64,000 bases of DNA, taken from contig JAIVFI010000036.1 of NCBI GenBank assembly GCA_025558095.1, positions 62,001 through 126,000 on the forward strand, written 5' to 3'. The notes below the pieces were generated by a model. That model worked only from the letters and a program-made list of their open reading frames with translations, had not been told where the DNA came from and did no database searches. Made by a program: the position numbers and the translations under genes. The DNA is from Hyaloraphidium curvatum SAG 235-1 (lineage: Eukaryota; Fungi; Monoblepharomycota). Positions 22,466-34,435 of the stretch are shown piece by piece. Numbering within the stretch: position 1 is the stretch's first letter; every line of letters starts with the position of its first letter.

Positions 22466-24069
22466 ATGACGGCGCCTCTGAAGGGTATCAAAATCATCGA
22501 AATCGCGGGCATTGGGGTGCGTTCCGTCGCTCTCGGTCGTTTGTCGGTCTGTACAATTGCTGACATGTCGTTCCAGCCCGGCCCGTTCTGCGGCATGGTC
22601 CTTGCCGACTGTTGGTGTCATCCGCACCTTCTGACTCCGTCAACAAACTCACCTTCTTTGTGTTTTCTTCTCTTCTCCAGACGGTGCCGATGTTGTCAGG
22701 GTCGAGAGGGTTGGCAACCAGCCCGGACCTAGCATGCAGCGGTGGGTTTATCCGGAACCCGGAAGCTGTTCTTGCCGCTAATCCGACCGTTCAGCGGCAA
22801 GCGCTCCATCGAGGTTGACCTCAAGTCCAAGGAGGGCGTCGAGCTCGTGCTGAAGATGTGCGAGAAGGCCGACGTGATCCTGGAGCCTTACCGTCCCGGT
22901 GTCATGGAGCGCCTCGGCCTCGGGCCCGACGTCGTCATGAAACGCAACCCCAAGATCATCTACGCGCGGATGACCGGCTTCGGCCAGCAGGTCCGTGCCA
23001 GATTCTCGACGCGATTCGTTGTTCTGACAAACTTCGCTCTCCAGGGCAAGTACGCCAACATGGCCGGCCACGACATGAACTACGTCGCGACCTCCGGTCT
23101 CCTTTCCGCCATGGGTCACCCGGCCGGTCCCCCGTCGACCTCGCTCAACCTGGTTGGCGACTTCGCGGGCGGCGGCCTCATGCTCGCCTTCGGCATCACC
23201 ATGGCGCTGTTCGAGCGCGACAACCAGAAGACCGGCAGTGGAAAGGGCCAGGTCATTGACTGTGCCATGTGCGATGGCGCCGCCGTGGGTTTTGGTCCGT
23301 GGCAAGGGTTTCTGCCGGATAACGATTCCGCCTGTTGGACAGTACGTGGCCACCTTCCTCTACCAGGCCCGCTACAACGGCGGCTGGGGTGAGCGCGGCA
23401 CCAACATGCTCGACTACGGGGCTCCTTACAGGTGAGGCTACCTGGACGAACGTTTTGATAGGCAATCGGCTAACCCTTTCCCCCCAGCCAATCGTACGAG
23501 ACTGCCGACGGCGGCTTCATGTCCGTGCAGGCCATCGAGCCCCAGTTCTACGCCGAGCTGCTCCAGCTCCTCGGCCTCCCCGAGTCGATGCGCAAGACCC
23601 AGAACGACCGCGCGACCTGGCCCGAGACCAAGCGCAGGATCGCCGGCGCCTTCCTCGGCAAGACCCGCGATGAGTGGGAGAAGATCTTCATGGGCAAGGA
23701 CGCCTGCACTGTGCCGATCTTCTCGCTCGAGGAGGTGCTCCCCATCAAGGGCAAGAACGGCCGTGACACGGACATCGCCACGCACGCCGCCGAGAGGCAG
23801 CTGCTCGGCAAGCGCGAGGGAACCGACGGCAGCCAGCCCAGCCACGTTAGTCGCTGCCGTCCTCCCCGGCGAGAATGGTCCTCTGACATCTTGCTGCGCA
23901 GTGGGAACCCCGCCCGGCCCCGCGTTTCTCGCGCTCGGCCCACATGCCCATCCGTCCTGCCCCGGTCACCGGCGCGCACACTAAGCCCGTCCTCCAGGAG
24001 TGGCTCGGCCTCGCCGAATCGGACCTCAAGGCGCTGCTCGACCGCAAGGTTGTCGTTTCGCGCCTGTAA
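22466..24069 (+). CDS. AMACR: Alpha-methylacyl-CoA racemase (CaiB/BaiF CoA-transferase family III), peroxisomal; multi-exon
   Basis: PLKGIKIIEIAGIG|PGPFCGMVLAD, GKRSIEVDLK, EPYRPGVMERLGLG, AGHDMNY, NLVGDFAGGG; C-terminal SRL* PTS1. Confidence 0.92.
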
Positions 24070-24205
24070 GCGGGCGAAGCCTCCCAAGCCTGGACTTCGA
24101 AATAATGCCCTTCCGCGCCGGTCCGAATAGTTCGGATGAGTAGGCGAGAGGATATCTTTGGCTCTGAACTAGAGACACAGATCAAAATTCAGGGTATCGT
24201 GTCCA

Positions 24206-25162
24206 TTACACCATTAGCCGCTCGATTTGGTTCTTCACGTTGAGGATTTGCGACTTCAGCTCGGAACCCTCGTTGGTCGTCACAGAGCAGGCAATGACTG
24301 GCCGCGAAACCCCACAGGCACGGCCCAGGGCGGCCTTCGAGGGAACGAAAACGTACGGGACGTTCTGCGCAAAGGTCGTCGTGAGCATTCGACCAAGCCA
24401 GCGCGCCCGACGGATGCACCTTATCCTCGCACAGGAGCGGGAGGTGCAGCAGGATCTCGAGCGGCTCCGTGTCCGCCGTCAGCACGATGAACTCGGCGAT
24501 ACCACGGTTGAGCGTCTTGGTCGCTGAAAGGGCATGGATCAGCCGCGGGTTCTCAGGCCAAAGCCGTCATCGAAGGCTTCATTTCCCAGGAGGGAGGTGA
24601 GCGATGCGAGACAAAGTGTGCCGGATCCAAATCCCCGTTTCCATGCCGCTCCTTCCAAGGCATTTCTTCAAGCACCGCTCTCGCTCAGCACGCACCTTCG
24701 TTCGCGCCCTTCTTGAGCTGTTTGTAGTGGCTGGCCTGCTGGACCAGGTCCATGATGGTGTTGGTCAAGGCGGCATCGGCCAGCGGGAACGCTTTCGGGT
24801 TCGGTGCAGACTGTAGGAAGAGAAGAGAGTGAGCAAAGGTCTCGCAGCAGGAGCCGGCCGACCGCGGACAGAGTGTCCAGAGTCTTGGGCAGGAAGCAGC
24901 GCCCGGCGGTCTGTCGGCCCACACCCCACCAAGGCCGGTCCACCGACGTCAAACATGTGACCGCAAGGTGGTAGGCAAAGTGCTCCGTGGCCTCCGAGAT
25001 GTCCACTCCGTTCCTGGCGCTCCAGCGGGCGAGTGCGCGAGCCTCTTCTGCGCAGCTTCCCCCACCACCCATCGCGCCCCAACCGCCCCAATCGAGGAGG
25101 GCAAAGGCACCATCGTGCCATCGAACGCGTGTTCTGCACGGCCGCACTCTTCTACTGACCAT
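24206..25162 (-). CDS. SNU13: Snu13/15.5K K-turn-binding protein; 4 exons (ATG-only first exon inferred)
   Basis: [17 protein letters not shown]|[27 protein letters not shown]|[24 protein letters not shown]. Confidence 0.95.
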
Positions 25163-25424
25163 TCTGGCGCAGATGTCCCTCCCGGCTCTTTTCTTTGTTG
25201 TGTAGGCCCGGCCTTAGCGCGCCGCGTCTATTTGGGTCTTCTAAAGGCCCAGCTTCCGATCCCCCTCGCGATCCTGTCGCGGAGGGGTCTCCTTGCCTCG
25301 TTTTCCCTCCTCCGCATCTTTCTTGGGACCGCGACCCTCTCGGCCGGCCGATTGCTACGTTTCCCTAACTCGACCGGAGTCTGGTTCCGGGGATCGCGAA
25401 TCTGGACGTTTCCCATCTCCCACG

Positions 25425-27017
25425 ATGCTTCCTGCGGACATTCTCATAATGGTCCTTGACATGCTTACGGCGGAGATCCATGGGCTCAAGTCGATTCCGC
25501 CCCCTCGCGAAGAGAGGTCAACACACCGCCGCCCGAAGCCGGACGCGTCTCCCAGCAAGTCGGATCGACGCGCTACCACCTCTCCGGACCCGACCGCCCG
25601 ACGTGAGCTCGTGCACAAGGTCAAGGAGCTCAAAAGCACGCGGCTGAATCTCCTCGTCGCTGTCTCCAAGAGCTACCCGGATGTCCGCGCGCACTCCAAC
25701 ACCTTGGGCCATGGCATCCTCAAGCTGTGGACTCCGCCCTTCTCCGTACCTGCTACCACGGGCCCACAGACGTCCCACGTCGATATGCTGCACAGCGACA
25801 GTGCGAACGAGAGGCTAATGGTCATCGGATACACCACCCCGTTCGACTCACACAACCCGATCGACCACGCCTTCGAATTCTACCCGACACCGGCCGTGCA
25901 CGTCGACGGCATGCAACCTGCACCGTGGTCGGCGCGCACGTGGGGAAACGACCACGCTTTCGGCTCTTTCTTTCGAAGGCTCGGGTCGTGCCATCCTGCG
26001 CCCGATGTTCGGGATCGGATCCTCAGGCGGACGGTCGAATCGCACTTCGCGAGGGGCGGCTCCGTACAGCCCGAGGACTGGCCGGCGTTAGTGGTATGGT
26101 CAAGCTATTGCGGCTACCATGGGACGCTCCTGCACGTGCTGGGAATGGAACCAAACGTATCCGGTTTCCACTTTTGGTCGTCGCCGCCGATTGGAGATCC
26201 CAAGATTGTCTTGCGCTGCTTCCGCGGGCGGACGGCGCTCCTGTCCGCTGTTTGGACGGGCGAATTGCCGGCAGTCGAGATCCTGCTCGCCTTTGCCGCG
26301 CACCACTCAGGATCGGACGGCTTCGAACTGCTCGGCGCCATGCTGACGACTTCTTCGAGGGTGTCATTCAGGCTGAAGGGCCACTTCAAGTACCGGCGCT
26401 GGCAGATCTGCATGCTGCTCCCCCTCGGCGCGGCCATCCTCCTCGGCTACGAGGACATTGCCCGCATCCTCCTGCGCGCGGCACTGCAGGCCGGCCACGC
26501 TCCCCGCGAAGAGTCTTCCAAGTTGGCAGCCGCGGGCGACCTCTTTCTCTCCCTGGACCTCCCCTCCCTGTCGGATCTCCTCACCGGCCCCGACGAGGAC
26601 TCGGAAATCACCTCCTTCCTCCTGGAACGCCTGCACCGCCTCCTCCGCTCCCTCCCCCTCGCCGCACCGCTCCACGACGCCATCGACGGCGACTGCCAGG
26701 TCGCCGCCGCCGTGCTCCTCTCGCACCCCTTCGGCCACCTGTTCGGGCCCCTCCGGCGGGAACCCCGATCCCAGGACGGCGGCGGCAAGCAAATGGGAGT
26801 GCTCCCTTTGCACCTCGCGATCCAAAGGCGGAGGCTGTACCTCGTTGGCGCGCTGCTGGCGGATCCGAGGTCCGCGGCGGCGCGGGAGGCGTTCGCGGAG
26901 GGGTTCTTCGAGAGGAGGGGGGACGGGGAGTTTTGGGGGAGGATGCTGGAAGGGGCGGGGGGGATGGGGGACACGGAGGTCATCATGGGGCTTGTGAGGA
27001 ACTGGGTCGGGAAGTAG
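25425..27017 (+). CDS. Hypothetical protein with ankyrin-like repeats
   Basis: GRTALLSAVWTGELPAVEILL, PLGAAILLGYEDIARILL, PLHDAIDG, PLHLAIQRRRLYLVGALL. Confidence 0.65.
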   Translation: MLPADILIMVLDMLTAEIHGLKSIPPPREERSTHRRPKPDASPSKSDRRATTSPDPTARRELVHKVKELKSTRLNLLVAVSKSYPDVRAHSNTLGHGILKLWTPPFSVPATTGPQTSHVDMLHSDSANERLMVIGYTTPFDSHNPIDHAFEFYPTPAVHVDGMQPAPWSARTWGNDHAFGSFFRRLGSCHPAPDVRDRILRRTVESHFARGGSVQPEDWPALVVWSSYCGYHGTLLHVLGMEPNVSGFHFWSSPPIGDPKIVLRCFRGRTALLSAVWTGELPAVEILLAFAAHHSGSDGFELLGAMLTTSSRVSFRLKGHFKYRRWQICMLLPLGAAILLGYEDIARILLRAALQAGHAPREESSKLAAAGDLFLSLDLPSLSDLLTGPDEDSEITSFLLERLHRLLRSLPLAAPLHDAIDGDCQVAAAVLLSHPFGHLFGPLRREPRSQDGGGKQMGVLPLHLAIQRRRLYLVGALLADPRSAAAREAFAEGFFERRGDGEFWGRMLEGAGGMGDTEVIMGLVRNWVGK

Positions 27018-27075
27018 ATGATTCCGAGGAAGTCGCTGTATCGCACTGCTGCACAAACACAAAATCGATTTCATT

Positions 27076-28355
27076 TCAAGCGTCGAGGATATCGTTGAGG
27101 GCGCGGATCAGACTGCAAAGCCAAAGTCAGGCGCGAATGGGCTCGATGGCAATCGCCCTTACCGGCTCATCGTCCCGCAGACCCGAATTACCTCGTCCGC
27201 GAACCCCGGCGCCGCCACCTCGCTGTCCTTGAACTTCTTCCCAACCGTGAACGACTTGAGCCTCAGCAGCTCGATGTCCTTGTGGTCTTTGGGATACCCC
27301 CTCGGCGCGGTCTTGAGCTTCTTGCTCCCACCACCTTCTTCCCCTTCGTCCCCCGAATCCGTCAGCGATGTCCCGAACACGCCCCGAAACTCGTCGTCCT
27401 TCTTGGCGATCCGCCGCAGCGCGCGGCCCTCGTCGGTCTTGCGGTCGATGTGGTCGCGCAGCTTGGCGAGGACGGGGCCGCCGGGCTGCCACAGGCCGCC
27501 GCCGACGAAGGAGCGGTTCCCGGGCTGGATGTGCTGGAGGATGGCGGTGAGCATGTGGGAGGGCTAGGGAAAGGAGGGTGACGCACGACGTAGTAGACCG
27601 CGGCTTCGCCGTTGGTCTTGCGCCCCTCGCGCGAGAGGGCGAAGGAGATGTTGGGCTTGTACGGCGGGCCGCCGAAGCGCACGTCGCGGCTGCGCGACAG
27701 TCAATCGCGTGCCGACAAAGGCGAAACGAGAAACCCACTAGATGCGGAAGACGGCGTCCTTCCCCTCCTGGTCCCTGACCGTGGGGTCGTGCTCCCGCCG
27801 CACGCCCTGGATCACGTACGACGCGAACCGGACGAAGGCGTCCTTGATGGCGTCGAACTCGGGCTTGCGCGGATGGAACCATTCGCGGTCGTTGTTCTTT
27901 TCCAGTTCGGCGAGGAAGCCGAGGGTCTTGTCCGAGATGGCGGGGGCGCCCGAGGAAGAGGCGCGGCCGGCGTTGCTGCGCGACGGGGTGGAGGACTTCT
28001 TGGATTTGGCCTTCTTGCGGGGCTGTTCGTCATCCTCCGAGGCGGCGTCGATCTCGTCTTCGTCTCCCGAGTCGTCGTCCGACCCGGAGTCGGGGCGCGA
28101 CTTGCGCTTCTTGCCCGACGACCTGCCAGTCGCCTTCTTGCCCTCGCTCTTCTTCGATCGCGACTTTGATTTCGGCCGCTCCTCCTCCCCTTCTTCGTCC
28201 GCAGATCCAAAGTCGTCCGAGTCTTCCGAGTCTTCCGACGCGTCCGACGCGCCATCGAACGAGCCGTCGGCGTCCTCTCCCGCCGAGGACGCGTCATCGC
28301 GCTCCTTGAGCTTAGATTTCGCCGCCGAGGCGGCCTTGCGTTTGCTGGCAGACAT
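27076..28355 (-). CDS. DUF2461 (TIGR02453) family protein with acidic/basic N-terminus; multi-exon
   Basis: TLGFLAELEKNNDREWF, FRI|..RDVRF..PYK, GGGLWQP, LKTAPRGYPKDH..IELLRLKSF. Confidence 0.88.
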
Positions 28356-28435
28356 CAGAGCAGCTGCATCCGCAGGCACTCGAAGGGTCTCTGAGACGCG
28401 CCCGAAGACGACGACCACTCCCGTTTCTCCCCGCC

Positions 28436-31084
28436 ATGCCGCCGAAGGGCGCGTCCGCGGCCGACGAGCCCGCGCTGATCGCGGCGCCGACGTACTCCGA
28501 CGGCACGTCCGCCGCGCCGCACTCGACGACGGCGCGCAGCGGCGACAAGGCGACCAAACGCCTCAACTTCTACGAGCCGCTGACCGGCGAGAACGGCACG
28601 CTGCGCGTGTGGCTGCTGAAGCTCGGCGCGCTGCTCGCCGACCACAGGAAGGACAGGAACGCCGCCGGCCGCGCAGGCGCCAAGCTGGGTGCGTAACCCC
28701 CACCGCGTTTCTCACGTCTTCTAACGCCCATTTCCTACCCCAAATACAGCCTGCCCCGCCGATGCCTTGAAGCGCAACCAGATGCTGGCGCAGCTGCCCA
28801 CTGGCTTCGGCCTGTACATGCAGCACTTTACCCCCAGCACGTCGGACGCTGCCAGCACTTCAAAGGACCCCGTGACCGGCTGGATGGTGCGCACGGACCC
28901 CTACATGCTGGGCCACCCGCACAGTGCCAGCGACAGGTGGGTCTCTCCTTTTGTAGCTCACCTGGACGTCATGTTGACCAGATCTGGCCTCCCAGGTACC
29001 GGAGCCCGAACGAGTTCGCGCCCCATCTGCTGTGGCTCGAGGACGTCGCCAACGGCCACATCACCGACCCCGACGGCGCCGGCCGCGCACGGTGCCAGTG
29101 CAAGCCGTGCCAGAAGATGAGCCGCTCGGGCAGCGCCGCCGGCACGCCGAACCCGCGCACGCCCAAGGCCGCCGCATCTTCCGCCAAGACCGGCCGCTCC
29201 GCCAAGTCGGGCAAGTGGGCGGCCGCCGCGACGCCCGTGTCGCCGGCGGCGCGCAAGGGCAGGAAATCCCGCGCATCCGAAGCCCCCGACGAATCCGCCG
29301 ACGACGCGCCCGACGATACCCCCGCCGCGCCGCCCCAGCGCGGCCGCCCGCCCAAGAAGCGCCCCGCCGACGACGACTCGGAGCCCGAGCCCGATCCCCT
29401 CCGCCCCGTCTCGAAAGCGAAGCGGTCCCGGCTCTCGGCCGGCGCCGCGCCGGCCAAGAAGTCGGCCGCGCAGCTGATCCGATCCCCGTCGCCGCCGCCG
29501 CCCGGGGAGAACGCGCCCACGTGGAAGGTCCTCGGCCTCGCGGAAAACAACCAGTTCACGACGGGGGACTACGTCTACGTGCCCGTGTCGATCGCCAGCC
29601 AGGAACCGCACCTGGTGCTCACCTACGCCGAGTTGGACGTCGACTCCGCAGACACGGCCGGGCGCGAGGTGCTCTGGTGGCCTGCCAAGGTCAAGACGAT
29701 GATGCCGACGACGGACAGCAACACGCAGGAGAAGCGCTGGAAGTACAAGCTCATCATCCTGCCCTCGGCCGCGCCCGACGCGCCGCAGCCGATACCGTTC
29801 GCGATCTTTGACGAGGCCAAGGACGAGTACGTGCCCGTCGAGACGTGGCCCGAATTCGAAGAGCACCAGATCCGCCCCGCGCTGCGCTTCCTCCCTGGCA
29901 CCACGGACCCCTGGCTGCCCTCGGAGGGCGTCGCCAAGCTGGATCCCGCCAACAAGGAGACCTACGAGCGCGGCGTGCACGAGGTCCAGAGCGACCGATA
30001 CAAGGTCACGGACCTCAACTCGGAAAAGAAGGATGCCGGGCAGAAGCCCAAGTGGGTCATCGTCTGGGGGCCTGAGCTGATCCGCATCGGCCACGCGGTG
30101 CGGCTCAAGCTCCCCGGCGCGCAGCCGGGCGACATGCCGTGCGATGTCATGGTCATCCGCGACATGAAGCTGGACCAGGAGACGAGGGAGGGCACGCTGG
30201 TGGGGAACATCTTCAAGGGCAGCAAGAACGCCGAGGGCGGCATCACCTGGACGAAGGAGAAGCACCCGTACCCCGTGCACGTGCCGTCGCCCGACATCCA
30301 GGGGAGGTTCTACTGGCGCATGGAGGACGACCTGCACGCGCTCGGGAGCTGGTCCAGGGACACGAGCTTCCAGCCCGCCCCCGGGCTGCCCGAGGACCGC
30401 GCCGAGGAGCACGAGCAGACGCCCGAGCTCTCGGGCGACCTGGTGCCCGAGACGCCCGAGGCGGCGGGGGACAACTTTTGGACGCAGGAGATGGAAGGCA
30501 ACGGCAACGGCGCGGGCGGGCCCGGGGCGAACGAGGCGGCGGCGGACGAGGGCGGCGACGGGCCTGCGGGGGACCACGACCAGACGCAGGCCTTCTTCGA
30601 CGCACAGTCGCAGACCCCCGTTACGGCGGTGGCGGCGGCCCCGGTCGAGGTGCACTTCGACGCGCACGTGCCCGAGAACCGCGCCAACGAGGACGACAGC
30701 AAGCTCCCCGTGCTGGACCTCGACTCGAACCGCCGTGTGCTGCTGGACCTGTCGAGCAGGAACGTCAGCGAGAGCCCGCTGCACCTCGCCATGGAGATCG
30801 TCCGCGCCTTCTCCAAGATCCCGCCCCGCGGCGATCCCGAGGTGATCCTGCCGCAGCAGCTGCGGAAGAAGCTCAAGAACGAGGAGGTGATCCTGCCCAC
30901 GGACATCGGCCTCTGCTTCGTCAACTTCCAGGGCAACGTGGAGAGCGTCAAGAACAAGGGGCCCGTGACGCCCAAGGCGCAGGACGCGGAGATGCAGAAA
31001 GTCTTTGCCAAGGCCATGTCGGCTCGCGTGCGGCTCGGCGGACAGAGGTGGCATGCGGAAGAGGTCAAGCTTGAGGACGATTGA
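28436..31084 (+). CDS. Cryptic loci regulator 2 (Clr2)-like chromatin silencing protein; multi-exon
   Basis: DPYMLGHP...RYRSPNEFAPHLLWL...CQCKPC (Clr2 N-terminal pattern); WWPAKV; IVWGPELIRIGHAVRL (BAH-like C-terminal pattern). Confidence 0.75.
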
Positions 31085-31199
31085 ACGTGGCGGCTTTTCC
31101 AAAAGCGGCCGAGGACACGGACGAAGTGCGATCTTTGGGGGGGGGGCAAGAAGCCCGGGGATCTTCATCTGCTTGCCTGTACAATACGACAGCAATCTG

Positions 31200-32899
31200 T
31201 CAGACTTTTGTCACGTCCTGGTTGCCACTTTTCGCGGCGCCGTCTTCATCGCCCAACTTCGTGTACGCTTCGTCGTCGATGATCTCCTTTCTCCGCAGAG
31301 TCCGATCTGGCGATTCTCGAGCTCAGCAACCGTCCTATGGCGAAGCAGTTCGGCAACTCACCTCCAGCAAACGACACGCACGTCCCTGCAAAGAGCGCCA
31401 TTCCCACCGTCACCCAATAGACGATGGTGTACGATCCCGTCCTGTCGTAATCCACGGCAGCGAGGTACGTCCCGGCAAAGAAGCCGAGCTGGTGCACGCC
31501 GAACATGATTCCGGTGATGGTCCCCAGCCAGCGCGTGCCGAGGATGGAGGCGACGAGTGACGTCGTCGGCGGCACGGTCGACAGCCACGAGAGGCCGAGG
31601 ATGGTGCAGATGACGAAGAACGCTACGGCGTTGGCCGGGATGACGATGAGGAGTGTGACGAGAAGAGCGCGGGAATACTGCATGCGGAGGCGTCAGGATC
31701 GGCGAACTATCGGGTAGAAGGAGCGAACGTACGTAGATGCCGGCCAACATCCACTTGACGCGGAGCTTCTTGATCACCGTAGGAAGGAATCCTGCCAGAA
31801 ACGTGCCGACGGTCGACCCTATCCCCACGCAAGATAGGCACCATGCTGCAAGCTCCGGGCTCAATCCGCGATCCTGCAGATCCGCAGGAATGCTGGAACC
31901 GAGGAAGCCAATGTGCCCTGTATGCCAGTATCAGTTGGCTGACGGATTCAACCGACGACAGCACTCACATCCGCAAGTGAAGTACGCCAACGAAAGGAAG
32001 ATGATTGGCGTGTGCGTGAAGGCCTCCTTGATTGCCTGTGCGGCCGTCGGCGGCTCGGGTACCGCGACGTACTGCGGTCCAACTGCAAAGGCTTCCGCCA
32101 GCGGCTGTGGTCTCGGCTGAGGTGCGTCGGCCGGTTTGGATGCCGGGGAGTTGGATGCGGAGTCGTCCGACTTGAGCTCAACCGGTTTGTCGATAGAGTC
32201 CGACGGGAGCTCCTCTGCCGCAGCTGGCGGAAGCGCGGGCTTGCTGCCGCCGCGCGCCAACATGGTCTCCAAAGACGGCGGCGTCTTTCGCCGCACGAAA
32301 AAGACGAGGGGAATGAGAAGGAGGGACTGATAGCCGAGGATCATCGCCGCGGTGGTCCATCCGAACGACGAGATGAGCGCCCTCGTGATGGGAGTGTAGA
32401 TGAACTGCCCCGTCTGCCCGATGCTGGGAACGACCCCAAAGAGAAGGCTGCGCTTCCGCTGGGCGGCGGGATCCTGCGCGGGGTACAGCCTGCCCACTTG
32501 GGCGAGGAGGTTGCTCATGCCCATCCCGGCCGAACCGGTCCCGACGAGCAGTCCGACGCCCACGACCCATCCCGCCTGCGAGATGTACGGCGCAAAGGCA
32601 AAGAGAAAGTTCCCAGCGATGAGCAGGCACGAGGCCGCAAGGAAAGCAAGGCCGGGGCGGTGGAACGTCTCGATGAGAGCGCCCCAGAAAGGAGCAATGA
32701 GCCCCATGAGAAGTCCCGAGATGGCAAGCGAGAGCGAGAGGACGCTGCGCGGCCACCCCATGGACTGCTGAATGGGAACCTGGAAGACCGCATAGGAAAA
32801 ACGGCCGCCGATGGTCTGCAGGCCGATCAGGCACACCGCGATTGTCGTGCCAATGGGGCCGTCGACGAACGCCCGGAACCGGTTCCACGCGGTGGCCAT
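31200..32899 (-). CDS. Major facilitator superfamily transporter; multi-exon
   Basis: About 12 hydrophobic segments; LAYFTCG..IGF, WLSTVPPT, MFGVHQLGFFAG. Confidence 0.88.
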
Positions 32900-33186
32900 G
32901 TTGTCGCGGTCAAAACTCCGCTGCCACCGGCTACGGGCCGACGGGAAGGCTCCCGTCCCGCAAGCTACGCCGCGAAGATCCGCAGACGACCAGGATGGCG
33001 CTGATTCTCGGCGAGGGAGAGGGAGCGGAGCGGCGGCCGAGGAGTTTCGAGAGTGCGGCGGAATCTCGGAAACCGCGCCTCGCCGCCGAAACCACCGGCG
33101 CTCACTCCACGCCACCAGATGATTTCGAATCATCCTTGCTCCGCACGCGAATCAGAGGTGGATGTCTTCGTTCTATCCCTCTCCAG

Positions 33187-34230
33187 CTACTGTTCCGAAG
33201 CTGCGAAACCAGCCACGTACTCGTCGATCTCGTTCAGGTACCGATCCCTCTCCTCCTCCGGTATCCAAGCGATCTCGAACGAGTTCCTCGCCAGCTCCAC
33301 GATCTGCCCGGGCGTCATCCCCGCCTTCTCCGCCAGCGCCTCGAAGTTCCTCGCGGCATAGGCCCCGAGCATGTAGGCCGGATCGTCCGAGTTGACAGTC
33401 ACTTTGACGCCGGCTTCCATGAGCCGCAGCATCTCGGGCGCCTTCATCGTCGGGGTGACGAACGAGTTGCTGACGGGGCAGCAGGTGAGCCCGATCCCCT
33501 TGTCCGCGAGGTACCGGACCAGGGCCGGGTCCTCGACGACGTTGGTGCCGTGGTCGAGCCGGTCCACGCCGATTTCGAGCAGCGCCTGGCGGATGTGCTC
33601 GATGCTGTTGGGCTGGTCGATGTCGGCGTGCGCGGTGAGCTTCAAACCCAGCTCCCGCGCGCGGGTGTACACGGCGGCAAACTTGGCGGGCGGATTCCCG
33701 CGCTCGTCCGAGTCCAGTCCGATTCCGAGCAGCAGGTCGCGGAAGGGGAGGGCGTATTCCAGGGTCGACATGGCGCTCTCGGCAGATTCCTCCCTCAGGA
33801 AGCACATGATCAGCGCGGCCGAGAGTCCGTACGAGGCAGCGTCGGTGCAGGCGCGGTGGTATCCCCGAATCACTTTCTCGATGGGTACTCCGCGACGGGT
33901 GTGGGCTTGCGGATCGAAGAAGGCTTCGACGCGGCGCAGGCCTTCGCGTTCGGCCGCGCGGCGGAAGAAGGACGACGCGAGGTCGTAAAAGTCCTGCTCC
34001 TCGACCAGCAGGTCGATGCCGCCGTAGTAGACGGCCAGGAAGCTCGCCAGGTCGTGGAAGCGGTACGTCGCCTTGATGTCCTCGACGGTTTTTTGCACGA
34101 GGTCGATGCCGTTCCGCGCGGCGAGCTGCAGCTTGAGCTCCGGTTCGAGGCAGCCTTCCAGGTGCACGTGGAGCTCGGCTTTGGGAAGTCCGGCAATGAA
34201 GCTCGGCGAAACCGAGGACGGAAGAGGCAT
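33187..34230 (-). CDS. Adenosine/adenine deaminase; intronless
   Basis: LPKAELHVHLEG, FFDPQAH, IGLDS.E, TAHA, RLDHG, CPVSN, TVNSDDPAY. Confidence 0.93.
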   Translation of the reverse strand: MPLPSSVSPSFIAGLPKAELHVHLEGCLEPELKLQLAARNGIDLVQKTVEDIKATYRFHDLASFLAVYYGGIDLLVEEQDFYDLASSFFRRAAEREGLRRVEAFFDPQAHTRRGVPIEKVIRGYHRACTDAASYGLSAALIMCFLREESAESAMSTLEYALPFRDLLLGIGLDSDERGNPPAKFAAVYTRARELGLKLTAHADIDQPNSIEHIRQALLEIGVDRLDHGTNVVEDPALVRYLADKGIGLTCCPVSNSFVTPTMKAPEMLRLMEAGVKVTVNSDDPAYMLGAYAARNFEALAEKAGMTPGQIVELARNSFEIAWIPEEERDRYLNEIDEYVAGFAASEQ

Positions 34231-34435
34231 GCTCCGGCCTTCTTCGGCGTGCCGATTCGAGAGAGAGGCGTGTCTCCCAGATGAGTCTCCCCCCAATGAC
34301 ACGGTCGCGAATCTCGGTCTCGCGCGAAATGTCAAGTCGGTGACTATAGTGTACGCGCGTTCTACGGTTCGGACGAGCCAGAGACGCGACCTGCGGGCGT
34401 GCGATTGGATGCAACTGGACCGGAGACGCTGAGAG

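Noticed and set aside
28958-31195. Long antisense ORFs (this 745-aa one and many similar)
   Set aside because: Shadow frames of high-GC3 genes with no recognisable motifs.
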